From contig NC_134031.1 of NCBI RefSeq assembly GCF_964204645.1, forward strand, positions 7,254,001-7,318,000: 64,000 bases of DNA. The letters are read 5' to 3'. Of the stretch, positions 23,111-37,998 are shown in pieces. The position numbers and the translations under genes are program-made. This DNA is from Tubulanus polymorphus. Taxonomy: Eukaryota; Animalia; Nemertea. The notes beneath the pieces were generated by a model. The model was not told the DNA's origin. It did not search any database and saw only the letters and a program-made list of their open reading frames with translations. Position 1 is the stretch's first letter; each line of letters starts with the position of its first letter.

Positions 23111-25796
23111 ACAGGGTGAAATTTAAGCAAGTAGTATCACTACCTCAAAGCCTGCGATCTAATCAATTAAGCCTTCCCCTGCATCACCAATACGCGTCAA
23201 TGCGGTTATAGAAGCATACCAAAACCATGTTCAATTAAACAATTTCTTACATGATTGCTATTTTTTGTACCTAGTACAGTGGAAAATCAGGATTGGTGGG
23301 CTCATATTGTTGACCTAGCTTATATTATCCTAGATTTTATGTGGTTTAGGTCCATAGGCCTACCACTTCATAAAGGTACTTGTTTGTGAAAATATGATTT
23401 CGTGAAACGTAACCACAGATAGGTTACATACTGACTTATAGGCTAGTTGACAAACTTCATTGTTGGCGGTTCATAATCGCAGAGGCTTAAGTGAAAATAT
23501 CCGATCATATAAGAAACTAAACCTCAATCAGATTGATTAGGCCTAAATTAACCTGACTTACAACATAATGTAAATCCTATTTTTTCTCTCAATGCACATT
23601 TGTCTCTTAGTTAGTCGGGTTTAAACATTGAAAGCAGACTTATTTTAACACAGTGGGTTTACTCCATATGCCTAGGTCAATGTTTCGTAATGTCAAATTA
23701 GCCTCATCATTTGCAAGAACCAATTGCTAAGTTTATTGAATGTATTTTTCATCCTATTTCAGATTTAGATGGAGAAAATTATTCCGCTATCAGCTACAGT
23801 AAACATGGCTACATCGATTGTGCACATCAGTGCCGGGTTGGACAGTGAAATTGATGATTGTAGTTTAGCCGATAGGTCTCGCGATTCTGTAAGTTTTTTC
23901 GATGGTTGTTGTTGGCATTTTTTTTTTAATGTGGATGTTAGATGCTGTAACCTGTAATGAGTGACACTCTGACACTAACCTACCTGACCTATCACAGGGG
24001 CCTCTGAGAAAAGGGTTAAAGATTTTTATCTTTATGTCCATTCCATACTGCTGGGGAGCCTATAAACCATAATTGGTTCTCTGGCTTTTGTGGACCCTTT
24101 TTTCAGCTACTTCGTTGACAGTGGGTTGATCTTGATGAAATTGGGTACAATGTTAGTAAAAGGGGTCCGTGCAGTGCGAAGAATGGGCCCAGTGCACCAC
24201 CTAGCGGCAGAACAAGACACTTAAAACTGTAGCTTCCAACGGTCTTGGGCTTGAAAACCATTAATGTCAGCTATGACTTGTTTGATTCAAATTAGCTGAT
24301 TGACTGGATGCTCAGTTGGTAACTAGTCCTTTTTAGCCAGTTCTGAATTTTGAAAAACCACGGTTAGTTAAGTTTATTTGATTACATATACTCACTTATT
24401 AGGAGGTAGTTTGTCCTAAAATTTGGCTTCATTTTCCTTAACTATTTGTTTTGTTGTGTGTCGAGATTAGCCATGAAGAATGATGTTCAATCAAACTAGT
24501 TGGATGTTGGGTTATGAATACATTCTATCTAATGTGAATTGAACTCAGTAATTGTGGAAACAACAATGCCAGTATATTTTTATGACCAGGGTTCATAACT
24601 AACGATTAAAAGCTGTGAATAGCAGAAAGAATTTTTCTCCCAATGCCTTAAAACAGCGGTGAATTTTCATGAAGAGCATTTAAAATTAAGAGAGGGTAGT
24701 TGTGATGTGGCAGTCATAAACAGATTAGATGGACCTTCCAGAATGTTTTTTTGCATGTCAGAATAACAAGCTTTTTTTCAAAAATGTTCCAAACTTCCCC
24801 ATTATAAACTTGTGCCAAAAAAGCAGCGCAAATTTTTCTAGATCGGTTTGGAAAATATGCAGCAGCTATTAATTTGTCCGTCTCTTGCAATAATAAAATC
24901 CATGAGAAACATAAATACGTCCCTTTACAGTTGAATTAGACTGTTTACATCAGAGTAGATTTTGTACAGCTAGTGGGACATGTCGCTATTGTAGTCCTTT
25001 TTACTAAATGGCTGTATGTGACTGGCTTCTGTCTGCGGTAGGCCTAGATTGTTAATAATTGAAATTATTATAGTAATACAATATAGAATCAGTTTGTTGA
25101 ACGCGGTCACTGAATTCATAGCTTTTAAAAATCTGGCTTTTATCCAATAAATCAATTGCATTCGATGTGCAAATAGGGAATATTCTTGAGTTGTTGATCA
25201 ATAGGTCTATCATGTGTTCTGAAAAATTTATACTTCTGAAACATGCTTACAAATTGATGATTGAAAATTTTATGTAGACTTGCGTTTGTATGACTCCTTG
25301 ATTCCTTAAGAACTCCTTCTGAATGGACAATGCTGTTGAAGCTGCTTGAAACTCGAACCCTAGAACTGATTCTTTTCCCGGTGGCATTTTTTCTTATGTT
25401 GCAAAATTTGGAGACATTTTTTCCAGTGGCAATATTTCCGTATACCTTGAAACTCGCTTAATTTGAGCTACGAGCAATTATCTCAACTTCTCTTGAGATA
25501 ATTGCTCGTAGATTTGAGCTATATGTCAGTTGTACATTAGTCTGTGCGCCTAAATCAGTACAGTTGGAAGCAGGATCTTATTGCTGATTAGGTGGTTACC
25601 AAATTAGAAATCAATTCAGTTAGTGTAAAGGAAAAAATTCGCTAATGAAACCAGCGGTTTTGAAGAATTTGATGTTTATTCATCAATTCAGGGTTGAATT
25701 AGGCAATATTACTCTTTTGGGGAGTTTTAATTAGGTGGTAATTTCCAATTATTTAGCTCTCGAGAGATTTACTCAGAATGGCTGGACTGGTTCCCG

Positions 25797-25896
<100 letters not shown>

Positions 25897-27284
25897 ATTG
25901 TCAGGGCATTATTTTTACCGAGCTGTTTTTGTTATGAGCTGAATTATTTGTTCGGTCGATCGCTGACTTTATTCTGATCATAATAACTGTGACTACTCTA
26001 TTTTCTGATGTTTTTTTTTTCTGGAATAATACGTCGGTATAGGCTAACGACGGCATTATTCCGTAAAGAGAAAAAATGTCAGAAAACAGAGTCGCGGTAT
26101 AAAGGCTCCCCCGCACTCTCGCCCACAACGTCGAATCAATAGAATTCTATAGAAATTCTTATTCGGGTGACGAGATTCCTATCCGCGTGTATTATATATA
26201 AATGAAAACTGAGAGACGTTTTAGAACGTACGTTACTCAGACTGATGAGTAGTTGATTCGATTTTTCAGATTTTTGATAGACTCACTGCAGTTCTAGGAG
26301 CACTCGTAGGAGACATATAAGTCTTAAACGCGAATGCGTTGGAAGTACATAAGAATTTTCATAGTCTTATAATCATTCTTTAAAGAATGTACATTTTAAT
26401 GAGCAAAACCCATAGTTAATTATGTAACAGTTTATTATTAGGACAGCAGGTGGGGGTGGGCAGTTGCATCCCAAACATTTTGGAAAAGGGCGCTTTTTGC
26501 AAATATTACTGTTATAGGGCCTGTAAGAACTGCCCTTCCTCAGGTTTCTGTGCCCCCCCCCCCCCATAAAAAATAAATTCAAATGCTAGGTACTGGACAG
26601 TTTCAAAGTTTTGACTATACCTCATCATTGGTGAAACGATAATAAAAATGTTCATTCTTGAAGTAAAGTCAAAACTTCGAAACTGTTTGAATAACATTCT
26701 AAATCATCAACTGTGGGTTTTGCTCATTAACATCATCGAAATACTGAAATTTATATCGGTCTACCAGTCCGCTTACAATTTGTCTATTCAACTATAGAGT
26801 ATTATCCTACTTTATAACATTTTATGTAGAAAGATTCAATTGATCAATGGTGAGCTCTATCTAGATAGTTTTAAAAATAATTCTAATGATATATTATAAT
26901 GCTGGTTATACTATGGATGAGAGTGAATGGCAGTTGGTGCGTATATAAAATGACTATACCCCAACGAGCGAGCGTAACAGCTGGTTATCCTATCGATCAG
27001 TTTCAGTAATTCCGATAATCTGAACCGTTGTTAGATTAAAAATTTCAATATAACCAGATTTGTTCATCCTATAGCAATCACACGGAGACGATTGGGGCCC
27101 CCGAATCGGGCCCCGAAACATTTCGCCCGGATGCCTTGGAGAGCGCATTCGCGTGTAAATCACTCACTTGATAATGAACGATGCTTAAACAAAGCGACTC
27201 ACTTTGGGAACCAGTTGCAATTTACCGCAGGCAATATTTGACCCGTGCTCAAATTTGGCTCGCACCGAACAGGAAGTTCTGGAA

Positions 27285-29132
27285 ATGACTCCTCGCTTGC
27301 CACAGCATCCTTTTGTTAGTATTTCAGTAACAAGAGAGTGACTCTAAAAATAATTGAGCCCAGGCCAAATATTATTCCAGTGTGATCCTGTCCAGTTCGA
27401 TCCGGACAGAATCGTCTTCTTGTGACGGCACCAGGTTTTTCCTTTACACGGGTCACTGTGATATAGGAAAGTGCTAAATCCACTGGGATACTGGCAACGC
27501 TCATGTGGCAAGCTAGGATTCCACCAGGTTTGCTAGTGGTTCCCACGCTCCAAGTCTTTCTAAATTTCAATTGAATTTCGAATCGCCTATTCCAATTGAC
27601 AAATTGATTTTCAGTGAAACCTATACCATACACCTGAGAAAGTAAATCTTATATCTCTCCGATGAGTTGTTTGATAATTTTCGGATTTGGCAGCCTAAAA
27701 ATCAAGTTCAAATTTCATTTGAAATGAACTGATTTTAACGAATGACCCGGCGTTTTGTGATGCCGTCTGGTGAGTGCAACCAAAAATGTTGAACCGAACC
27801 CATGCACGGGTCACATTATTGTGCGTAAATACTAACTGCTTCTGAACGTGACTTGCTTGTCACAGCAAATTTCATTTGAAATTAACTGATTTTCAAAGAA
27901 TGACTTAGTAGTGTTTTGTGATGCCATCTGGTGCGTGCCCCCGGTACCCCTTATTGGCAGACTGATGGATTTGATTTTTGTTTGTTTTTCTTTTCCAGCT
28001 AGTTAGAGAAGTGATTTGGCTGCGTCAGAAATTGCGAGACACGAACACCGGTCTGGCGAAAGCGAAAGACAAACTGAAACGCAACAAACGAAAAAGCAAA
28101 AAACTGATACTGGCGTGGAGATTACGGGTGGACGAAATGCACCGGCAAATGTCGATCGCGAAGCAACAACACGACGAGCAAATGCGTGATATAGTGTCGA
28201 ATTTGTTGCTATTCGAGAGTAAATTACGCAAAGATCAAAGTTCAATCACCGAGCTTTTAGACGAGAAAGACCAGTTCATATCGACGCAACAAATCAAACT
28301 GCGTGAGTTGCGTTCGGCGAACGAATCGTTGAACGAACGGCTACAAAAATACCGGCGAATCCTACGAGTGAACAGTTCGAACGTCGATTCGTTGCGCAAC
28401 GACAGCGATTCGGTGTTCTTCTCCGACGACGACGATAGTAACGCCGCCGATGAATCCGGGGAGAAAATGCATAATCGATCGAAAAGTTGCGACAGCACGA
28501 GCAGTACGGAGGGACGCCCGCCGAAAGCGCCGCCTAGGAGACGACGCAGCGGCCTCACCATGACGACGACCGAACAGCAGCATAGGCAGAAGAAGACATC
28601 GTTCGACGATCAGTATCGTCATTTTCCGTTTTACAGCGTCGGAGATTTGCGACAAGCCATCGAAATTAAAGAACCGCTCGAGTTGCCTGTACGAGCAGTT
28701 AGCACGTCTGATCTTCACAAGGGGGCATGGACGAACGACGATCAGGACGAAGAAGCCGATCGCGTAAACGCGGCGAATAACAATTTAAACGTTAAATCGC
28801 GCAGCGCCGAGAGCGTGGTCGCCGCAGCAACTACTCGCGACGTCGAGGAAGAGAACGACGATTATGCAGAGGAAATTCATGATTTCGTGTCGGAATTGAA
28901 TCCGCAGTTTCACCAACGCTCCGGCTCGAACTCCTCATCCAACAACAACTATCCGCCGATGACGAGCCATAAAAAAGTGCAAAAACCGCGAGACATTAAA
29001 ATGCGCGATCGATGGAGGTCGCGGTCGTTACCGCAGACCGTGAATACGTCGTACGTAAATGGAGAAATATTGCCACTACCGCCAGGGGGCAGCACAAATC
29101 AAAGACAGTACCATCCCCCGGTTCAATTATAA
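27285..29132 (+). CDS. Uncharacterised coiled-coil protein with disordered C-terminus
   Basis: Large terminal exon 27999-29132 after a strong polypyrimidine acceptor, CpG-rich codon usage as in the other genes. N-terminal heptad-rich segment (..IVSNLLLFESKLRKDQ..EKDQFI..) followed by S/D/N-rich low complexity. Candidate upstream exon 27285-27314 (MTPRLPQHPF, gttagt donor) is in phase but less certain. Confidence 0.75.
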
Positions 29133-30363
29133 CCGTTAGACCCGTAGGTCTTGTTTGAGTTTCTTTGAATATTGTCGATTGTATGAAGATTGTGAATTAG
29201 TGCTATTGTAGTAGCTATATCTGCTGGTTCAGATGTGCTGTTTGATTATTTATTGTCCAGCTTTATTCCCTGAATGAAATGTGTCTTTTTAATCTGTGTT
29301 CAAATGTACAATCGAAGCCCGGTACGACGATTCTGCCGAGGTAACAATTTCTTCGCGTGGCAAACCATGAATTTACATGATTCAAATGCAGCTGTATCGT
29401 GGTACTGGGAATTGTATTATATCTGTGGTTGCTTTTTGCGGTTCATTTTATCACGTTACTATTATCAATTTGCAGTAGTTCAAGTTGCCGCGAAATAACC
29501 GCAAATAACCCTTCCCTTGCCCGGTTTGTCTAGAATTATGTTTAGAAAACTATCTCGCAACTGATTATGTAGGTATCGATCCGCATCCGGTACCCACCCT
29601 TTGGACAATCTTCCGATCTTTGTTCGTGCAGACTTCACGTCATTAAGACATGAAAGGACCGAATATTTTTTTAAATTAGAAATGAACTATATTACACTTG
29701 CTACTAATGCCAGATATTGTATCAAAAACGCCAATTGATACCTGCATAACGTTTATGTTTGTATTCTGCAGTGATTTAATGAAACTTTTTTATTCCTTCC
29801 ATATTACCGGTAGATTGTTATTGTTGATTTTTATATCATCATGTTGTTATGTATTGAACAAATCTTCTTTTCTTTTTGATAATGATCTCTTAGTTTGCTA
29901 CGAACGGCTTTTACTGCTTTTTAGCCTGAATATAAGGTTGTTATTAGTTATCATCGCTGCTTTATTCTCAGTCTAAAGATTTAAAATCGAAATATATTTT
30001 CTGATCATGTTACTGTGATACGTTTCAGTGCTGCTTTATCGTTGATCTAGATTTCGTTGAAGTGTATTATCTGATCATGAAAATGCAATTCATTTTTCAA
30101 TATATTCATGAATGTTGATCTCAATTACCGTTTCTATAACCACAGGGGCCTGACAAAAAAGTTTTTGACCCCCAGTATCTTAGGTCCTATATAAAAATGA
30201 TACATTGAATCTCGGGTATAGCGTCGTCAGATTTAACGTTGATTCTCAATATCGTATTACTTCTTTAGTCCCGATATTTCCCTTCTGTTAAACCTTTAAA
30301 AAACAACGAATAAACCGTATTTTTAACTCAGTTGCCACCTATCGGGAATATTTTAAACAAACT

Positions 30364-30602
30364 GGCGCCGGTTACGGGGAATCTGCACTATATCTATGTA
30401 CAACTGTATACGCATGCGTGAAGGAATAGGGTTAGGGTAAGGTGAGGCTATATGTGAATTAACTCAACCAGCTTCCAGTCGTGTGCTGTGGCTCAGTGGG
30501 TAAAGGACTCTAATATTTTTTCATTTGGTTTTGAATCCCAATATTGCAAGTCAGAATTCTACTGTATAGCGCATGTACTAACCGTACTCCGTAACCGGAG
30601 CT
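30364..30602 (+). mobile_element. Non-autonomous TIR element with telomere-like motif and tRNA-like A/B-box cassette (copy 2)
   Basis: Termini GGCGCCGGTTACGG / CCGTAACCGGAGCT; internal TAGGGTTAGGGTAAGG, A-box TGGCTCAGTGGG and B-box-like GGTTTTGAATCCC. Confidence 0.7.
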
Positions 30603-32494
30603 AAATCCACTTGGTGAGAAAAAAAACAAATACTATTTATTATAAATAAAAAATCAAAGTTATTCGTTTCCACTTGATGAAATAATGCCTTATTAGATAA
30701 CAACTAATATTATGAAATTTCATAATTGATAAGGCAAAATTGAATATTGCTAATCTTGCAGTAAGCATTTTCTATTTTTACCAGATGGATATTCCCGTGT
30801 TAAAAGCACATATTCAGATACGACGAATTTTCTACGGTAGATCCGTAAATCGTATTTGGGATATAACGTTATATATATTCTGGTCCCAACTTCAATGTTA
30901 TACCCAACGTTTAGACGTTTACTAGAAAAAATGGTACTTTTTTTACAGGATACTGAGGTCAGGCCCTTTTGACTATGACGGTATGTTAGACCGTCCATCT
31001 GCTTGAGGATTACGCGGTAGATCGGCTCCACGATTAATTCAGACTTCTTGTGAGCTTCCATAAAGTATTAACACACGAAATGGGTCCTATCTACAGGTAG
31101 TATGCATTTTTTTGGCATAATTATTTCCCAAACATACCCCCTAGAAAATTGTACGTGAAAATTCTTGTTTGCTTGTGTAACTATGGGTTGAAATTCCAAC
31201 AGAAACGATAAAACGTCTTTTATTTATTCAGTTGTACTGTTATTATAGTTGCTAGATTTTTACGACGAAAATACTGTATGAAAAGGAGTTATGATTACTA
31301 ACTAAAGCTTGAAGTAGAATTACAATAATGTTTAACTGCTGTAGCTCCAAGGTGTTAGGAGGAGTATAATAAATGTATATATAAATTCTGTCATAAATTA
31401 TTGTTGTAAATATTTGAATAAACTCATGTGCTTTTTTATTGTAAAGCCTTTTCATTTGTTTTTAACATATCGCTGTTTCAACTTTGGCTGAGTTTTTATT
31501 ATAAGGGCAGATTCCTAGCCCAAGAAGCGAATTCGCCTATTAGGGCAGGTTCTGGAAATTCTGCAAAATGACTCATATGGTAGGCTATGCCTATTGCTCT
31601 CCCCAAAAGGGTCCTGTCCTTGGATATAGCAATGTTCTCGAAGTCACTTCTGTCGTTCTGCTTCTTTGCGCTCTTGATAACGTAACAGAATCTATCTGCT
31701 CTGCACTGTCAAGTGCTCCCTTCATAGGTCTCTAGGGGTCAGCGTTTTTTTTTTGCCCAACCGGACGCTTTTGTGAGCTTTGACTGTCTCTTTCACCTCC
31801 ATTCTGTCCTTGCAAAGTTGCCAAAGAAAACTTCATCATCCTTTCTACATGCTCTAGGTATTTTGAAGAGAATTGGATTTGCCGACGCCCCTCTGTCTCT
31901 TGTCTTTCATGTCTTGTGACCGCGAAGGTTACCTCACTTTTAGCTCCGTCCAATTTGGTGTCCTTTGCTGACTGATAGTGCGAGAGTTGGTTAACTTTTG
32001 CCTCAAGTGTCTACATTTCTCTCCACCTAGGATTTCGCACCTCCTATCTGTCAACATGCTCATCTTGCATTGAACTTATTGCATGAAACTTGTTTGGCTA
32101 TCTCGTCTTCGCGCGTAGGCAAATATATAAGAATATCTACCGCGAGAAGTTCTATAGTTGTTAGTAAATCTAATACGCTTCACCCATAGAAGCTATTTCA
32201 CCATGAATAGTCTGCCGTGTGCGAAAATTATATTCAATTTAGTTACATTCTTTATACCTACATATTGATAGAATTCCATTAATCTCAGTGAATGTGTAGA
32301 ATTTATACTGTAAATAAATTGTTTTCATTCGATCTCTGTTAACTGCGGATTTAATCGTACTAACAATATTGACAAATAATGACAAATGAAAAATAGCTTT
32401 GCCATAAATAAGGCAATATCTAAATATCTTTGTGCATATATTTCGTCTGATTTCATTAGCCGACTCTCAAACGTAAACAGTCATCCCGTGAATC

Positions 32495-33442
32495 ATGAAT
32501 TTTACTCTGCAAATTGGTCGAGCTTATAGCAGTAATATAGTCATCATGTCTGTGGCAAACAGGTCTGGTAGCTACCTTACGCTTACGTTGATCATTTTGC
32601 CTATCTTATTTCTGCTAGGGGCCTTCGGCAATTCAGCTACTTTCCTGATAATGATAGGTCGCAGATTCAAGAGTTTCTCTTACGCTAACTATCTTATCGT
32701 TTTATCGGTCAATGATGTTGTGTTCTGCCTCAGTCTATCTTTGATGCCTATTTTACAGTTTGCTCTCTTGCAAGTGCAAGTTGGTCAAATATATGTGATG
32801 AATTCACTGATCAGTTGTCAAATCTACGAATACGTAATAATTCTTGCAGGCTGGAATAGTTCTTGGTTAATCGTGGCTATATCTATAGAACGTGCGGCAG
32901 TTGTGCTCTTCCCGTTCACATCTCGTTTGATATGTACACCTAGATTCGCTAGATTTACAGCATTGATGATAAATGGAGTTAATTCACTGCTTCTATATCT
33001 TCTACCTACCTTAACGATACGTTTTTCAAACAAGTCTTTCGGATGTTACTATAGACTATCTGACCAATTAACATATTTTTCTATTGCTGCCATTCACGCT
33101 TACATTTTACCTTTAACGTTAGTTGTTACATCGAATTCTGTTATAATATTTCAGTTATTCAGAGGTTCAAAAATTGTTTCGTCGGATAGGAAAACGACAA
33201 AATCCATACGTACAACAATAATGCTTGTAACAGTTTCACTCGCTTTTGCAATATTTACACTTCCAACCACAGTTACTGTTTACCTGCCAATCTCTACGGA
33301 ACGGAAAGATTTTCTGTTTGATATCTTTACTCAATTCCAACAGTGTAACTATGCGGTGAATTTCTACATATATCTTTTACTGGGTCGAGAAATTCGTGAA
33401 TATTTCTGTACGGTAACTCGTTGCAGAAATTCAATCAAATGA
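32495..33442 (+). CDS. Intronless class A (rhodopsin-like) GPCR, FMRFamide/peptide-receptor-like orphan
   Basis: 315-aa ORF with 7 hydrophobic segments; GN (TM1), YLIVLSVND (TM2), SSWLIVAISIER (TM3), FAIFTLP (TM6), NYAVNFYIY (TM7). The start may be ATG 32546. Confidence 0.9.
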   Translation: MNFTLQIGRAYSSNIVIMSVANRSGSYLTLTLIILPILFLLGAFGNSATFLIMIGRRFKSFSYANYLIVLSVNDVVFCLSLSLMPILQFALLQVQVGQIYVMNSLISCQIYEYVIILAGWNSSWLIVAISIERAAVVLFPFTSRLICTPRFARFTALMINGVNSLLLYLLPTLTIRFSNKSFGCYYRLSDQLTYFSIAAIHAYILPLTLVVTSNSVIIFQLFRGSKIVSSDRKTTKSIRTTIMLVTVSLAFAIFTLPTTVTVYLPISTERKDFLFDIFTQFQQCNYAVNFYIYLLLGREIREYFCTVTRCRNSIK

Positions 33443-33991
33443 AAACTATTGATTTCAACTGGTATTTGCACGGATCGTCAGAAAATTACACGTTTATTGT
33501 GCAACTATAAATGGATACATAGAACTCCGGACAATTAAAAGTACATTTCAATAAATCATTGGATTTTAACATTAGCTGCCAATCTTTTTACAACTCATAC
33601 ACACAAATGAGGGCGAGAATTCAATTTTCATATGTTTCGTACACTCAATTATTAACTTCTAATAAGCTCATTGGGATGCTCTTTTCGTTCTATTACGACG
33701 TATATATACATGTAGTTTTCGGTAAATTTATAGAAAATGACAAACTCTCCATCGTGTTCTCGAGTTATAACCAATTTTTATTCAGAAAATCTATCAATTG
33801 ATGTGTTCAGAAGCAGGACGTGTACTTAGATATGGAACCAACAATTTATAAAAGAAATGTTTATTTAGATCCAACATTTCAAATCAAAGGACGAATTGAC
33901 TAGGGAATTGATTTTCATTCACCCAGTTCTTACCAATCTCCATAGAAATCAGGACTTTTCAAGAATTTGTGCTATATCTTCCCAATTTCAT

Positions 33992-34108
33992 TACCCCTGT
34001 GAAGCTGGCTCCCGGTTCCCGGTTCCCGATTCGGCTCCCGATTCAAAAGCATTTTGAATCGGGAGCCGAATAAGGAACCGGGAACCGGGAGCCAGCTTCA
34101 CAGGGGTA
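33992..34108. mobile_element. 117-bp near-perfect hairpin MITE with 7-bp TSD
   Basis: TACCCCTGTGAAGCTGGCTCCCGGTTCCCGG...CCGGGAACCGGGAGCCAGCTTCACAGGGGTA flanked by ATTTCAT (33985-33991 and 34109-34115). Confidence 0.85.
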
Positions 34109-34974
34109 ATTTCATTTGTGTAACTACCCTATGTAGTACATTTCTACACATACCTTTTGCTGGGGCGATAGATTTGTGAATATATTTCTATACAGAAATT
34201 AAAAACCAAGAACCATTTATTTGAAGCAATACTGTACAGCGATAATCCTTCCGACAGTTAACTCGCAATTGCAATGTTTTTACATTTCAATTCGGACACA
34301 TAATTCATTTGAAAAGTGAGTTGGTAAATGGCCATTTCAGGTCATTCAATTCAAAGCCCTTCTACCTGATATGCTTTGGGTGCCTGCCTATGGGATGCAT
34401 GTTCTGAATAAGCAAACACCCTGGTCATCATCCTGAAGTTTTTAAAAAGGAAATTTTATAACATGATTTATACAATTTATAAAGCTGATTAAACTTCTAC
34501 ATACTATCTTCTACTTTCGGTCTAATAAGTTCCATCAGGAACGACCTTCGGTTAAGCGAAAATGCGACATAACAAAGTGTTTATATAGATGTACTGATGG
34601 GAGTGGAAGTTCTGAACTCGTAACTTCCACTTTCTGAGATGGTGGGTGTGGCACCTTTAAGATAGTAGATATTTACCGGTACATATACCCGGTAGATATT
34701 TCATCATTGATATTGTCTTTACAAGACAAAACTAACAAATCCGAGTGTGTTATATTTCAAACAATTGATTTTTTATTCTCTGTCAACAATGAATGGCGGA
34801 AAAAGCGATAATTTCATTGTATCAAAACTAATTGAATGACAAATGAATATTAGCTTCACAAATAAGACACACAGCATTGTGGATTTATTTAAATCTAAAT
34901 TCATTTTACAATACGTGACCGAGTACGCTCACACGTCGTCAACTCAGTCGCAAAGAGGTCTTCATCCGACGAAT

Positions 34975-35890
34975 CATGAATCTTACTCGGATGCAAATTG
35001 CTCGTACTTATCACGGTTATTTAGTCATCATGTCTGTAGCAAACAGGTCTGATATCTATACCTTACGATGTCATTGTTCATTCTATCCATCTTAGTCCTG
35101 TTCGGAGCATTTGAAAATTCGGCCACTTTCCTGATGATGTTAATTCGCAGATTTAGAAGTGTATCTTACGGTAACTATCTCATCGTTTTATCTGTCAGTG
35201 ATTTCATGTTCTGCATCAATCCATCCCTGATGCCTATCTTACAGTACGTAAAAACCGGTCCAATATTTATTATGAATTCACTTATCAGTTGCCAGATCTA
35301 CGAACTCGAATGCTTTTCGCAGGCTTTTAATAGTTCCTATATCTATAGAACGTGCGGCAGTTGTGCTCTTCCCGTTCACATCTCGTTTGATATGTACTCC
35401 TAGTTTGGCAAGAATCGCTATATTGATAATTACCGGAGTGAATGTACTGATTCTTTATCTTCTACCTACTTTTTCGATGCATTTTTCTGACAAGTTTTTT
35501 GGAAGTTATTATGAATTAAACGAGCGATCAATGTTTTATATGACACTTGCCATCAATTTCTACCTTCTACCTTTGACGTTAATTATCACATCGAATTCTG
35601 TTATAATATTTCAGTTATCTAGAGGATAAAAAATGGTTTCGTCTGATAATAAAATTACAAAATCAAAACGTACAACAATAATGCGTAACAGTTTCACTCG
35701 CATTCGCAATTTTTACACTTCCAACCACTGTTACTGTTTACCAGCCAATCTCCACGGAACGGAAATATTTTTTATTTAATATTTTCACTCAGTTCCAACA
35801 GTGTAATTTATGCGGCAAATTTCTACATATATCTTTTACTGGGACGAGAAATTCGGGAACATTTCTGTACAAAAATCCATTGTCGAGGGT
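34975..35890 (+). pseudogene. GPCR pseudogene, tandem paralogue of 32495-33442
   Basis: Colinear similarity along the whole gene (e.g. atctatagaacgtgcggcagttgtgctcttcccgttcacatctcgtttgatatgtac identical) with frameshifts at ~35050, ~35330 and ~35685 and a stop at 35627-35629. Confidence 0.9.
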
Positions 35891-36399
35891 CATTCAAACA
35901 ACAATGATTTCAAGTTGATGCTTTCACAAAACGTATGGTCTACATGGACATACTTGTTCATCACTTCAGTATCCTCAAGTCACAACTTAAGTAAACGCAC
36001 AACACATAATCTTACAAGCTGTGCGTAGATAAGTTGTCGAATGAAACTCTCTAATTCGTGTCAATTGTAGATGAAATGAATGAAAAAGTTCCACGATAAA
36101 ATTGTCATCCGATAAAATAAGAGGACATATTGTAACACCTGCACTGTGATTGACCAGCAGTGTAAGTGTTTTGATCGAGTTATTACGTGTAAACTGCTGT
36201 CATCGGGAATGAGCATTCCAGACTCGTTATTAAAGATCTGAATTAATGGTTCCAATCTGATATCCTATAACTCTGAACCAAAAGTATAGTCGACGTCTCG
36301 CGTACACGATGCAGACTTGGTGCGAATATTGAGAATTCGTTAGTTTCGGCATAAAACGATGACGGCTCGTTGTCCACGTTGTTCACCTATAAGCGTTCG

Positions 36400-36728
36400 A
36401 ACCATATTTGCATGACCTCCCTATTTCATTGCGACGCACATTGTGCCGGTTTAGATGTAGTAATAACAAACTACCGATTGAAACCGGTAGATATAGTAAT
36501 ACACCTCAAAACCAGAGATTTTGTTTAAAATGCAACCAAAATGTAATTGGAAATGAATATCACTTTTTATTTGAATGTCCAGAATATACAATTCTAAGAT
36601 CACAGTGCTTACCACAATTCTGTTTAACAAGACCTAGTCATTATAAACTGATAACCCTTTTCAATTCCCCAAAAAATACTCTTGTCAAATTATGTAAGTT
36701 TCTGAAAGCAGCCTTTGAACCTCCATGA
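36400..36728 (+). mobile_element. 5'-truncated non-LTR retrotransposon, ORF2 C-terminal zinc-knuckle region
   Basis: RFRCSNNKLPIETGRY...RFCLKC...IGNEYHFLFECPEY is the typical CCHC end of LINE ORF2 (RTEX/L2-like); it is followed by the microsatellite. Confidence 0.75.
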
Positions 36729-36757
36729 TGTATCCCCCTAAATTACTAAATACTACA

Positions 36758-37474
<717 letters not shown>

Positions 37475-37519
37475 GTAAAAATTTGTACAAAGTTACAATA
37501 AACGAAATGATGAAATGAT

Positions 37520-37998
37520 GAAATATAGGTTCACTGCTGTTGTTCCAGCCATCGTAGATTCGGAAACACGACTCTCGGTCAACACCAATTGCCTGATTTA
37601 TGATCAGATCTAAATCAATGAAGGTCAAATTCATCCCATAACCATCCGAAAGGGCGTCCCATATCATAGAAAAATGTGACCGGTATTTGATGAAGATCGA
37701 GTATTTGTATCCGGTCGATGTTTCTTATTCATTCATTCGGAAATCGCCACATCTACAGTTGTAACTTATTCTTATGATTTCGTGCTGTCCATCACCGCAG
37801 AATCTATTGTCAGACGAGAAGGTAACGATGATCGATATCGTAGTAAACTTGGACGCGGAAAGTTCCAGGGAAAGAGCTGTTTACAAACCAACGACATTTA
37901 ACACCGCGCGTTAATGATGGATAATTCGGTGAAACTATGTAACAGGATGTAGAATCTAGGGGGTACCACATGTTGTTACAAGACGAACTTACCGTCAC
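37520..37998 (-). pseudogene. CUB-domain gene fragment (two partial CUB domains, disrupted)
   Basis: SCYIVSPNYP..KCRWFV; after a frameshift IIVTFSSDN..G..ISY; an in-frame stop; then [31 protein letters not shown]. These are CUB consensus elements. Confidence 0.65.

Noticed and set aside
31620-32100. Minus-strand coiled-coil-like frame resembling LINE ORF1
   Set aside because: No diagnostic motif recognised; broken by stops.
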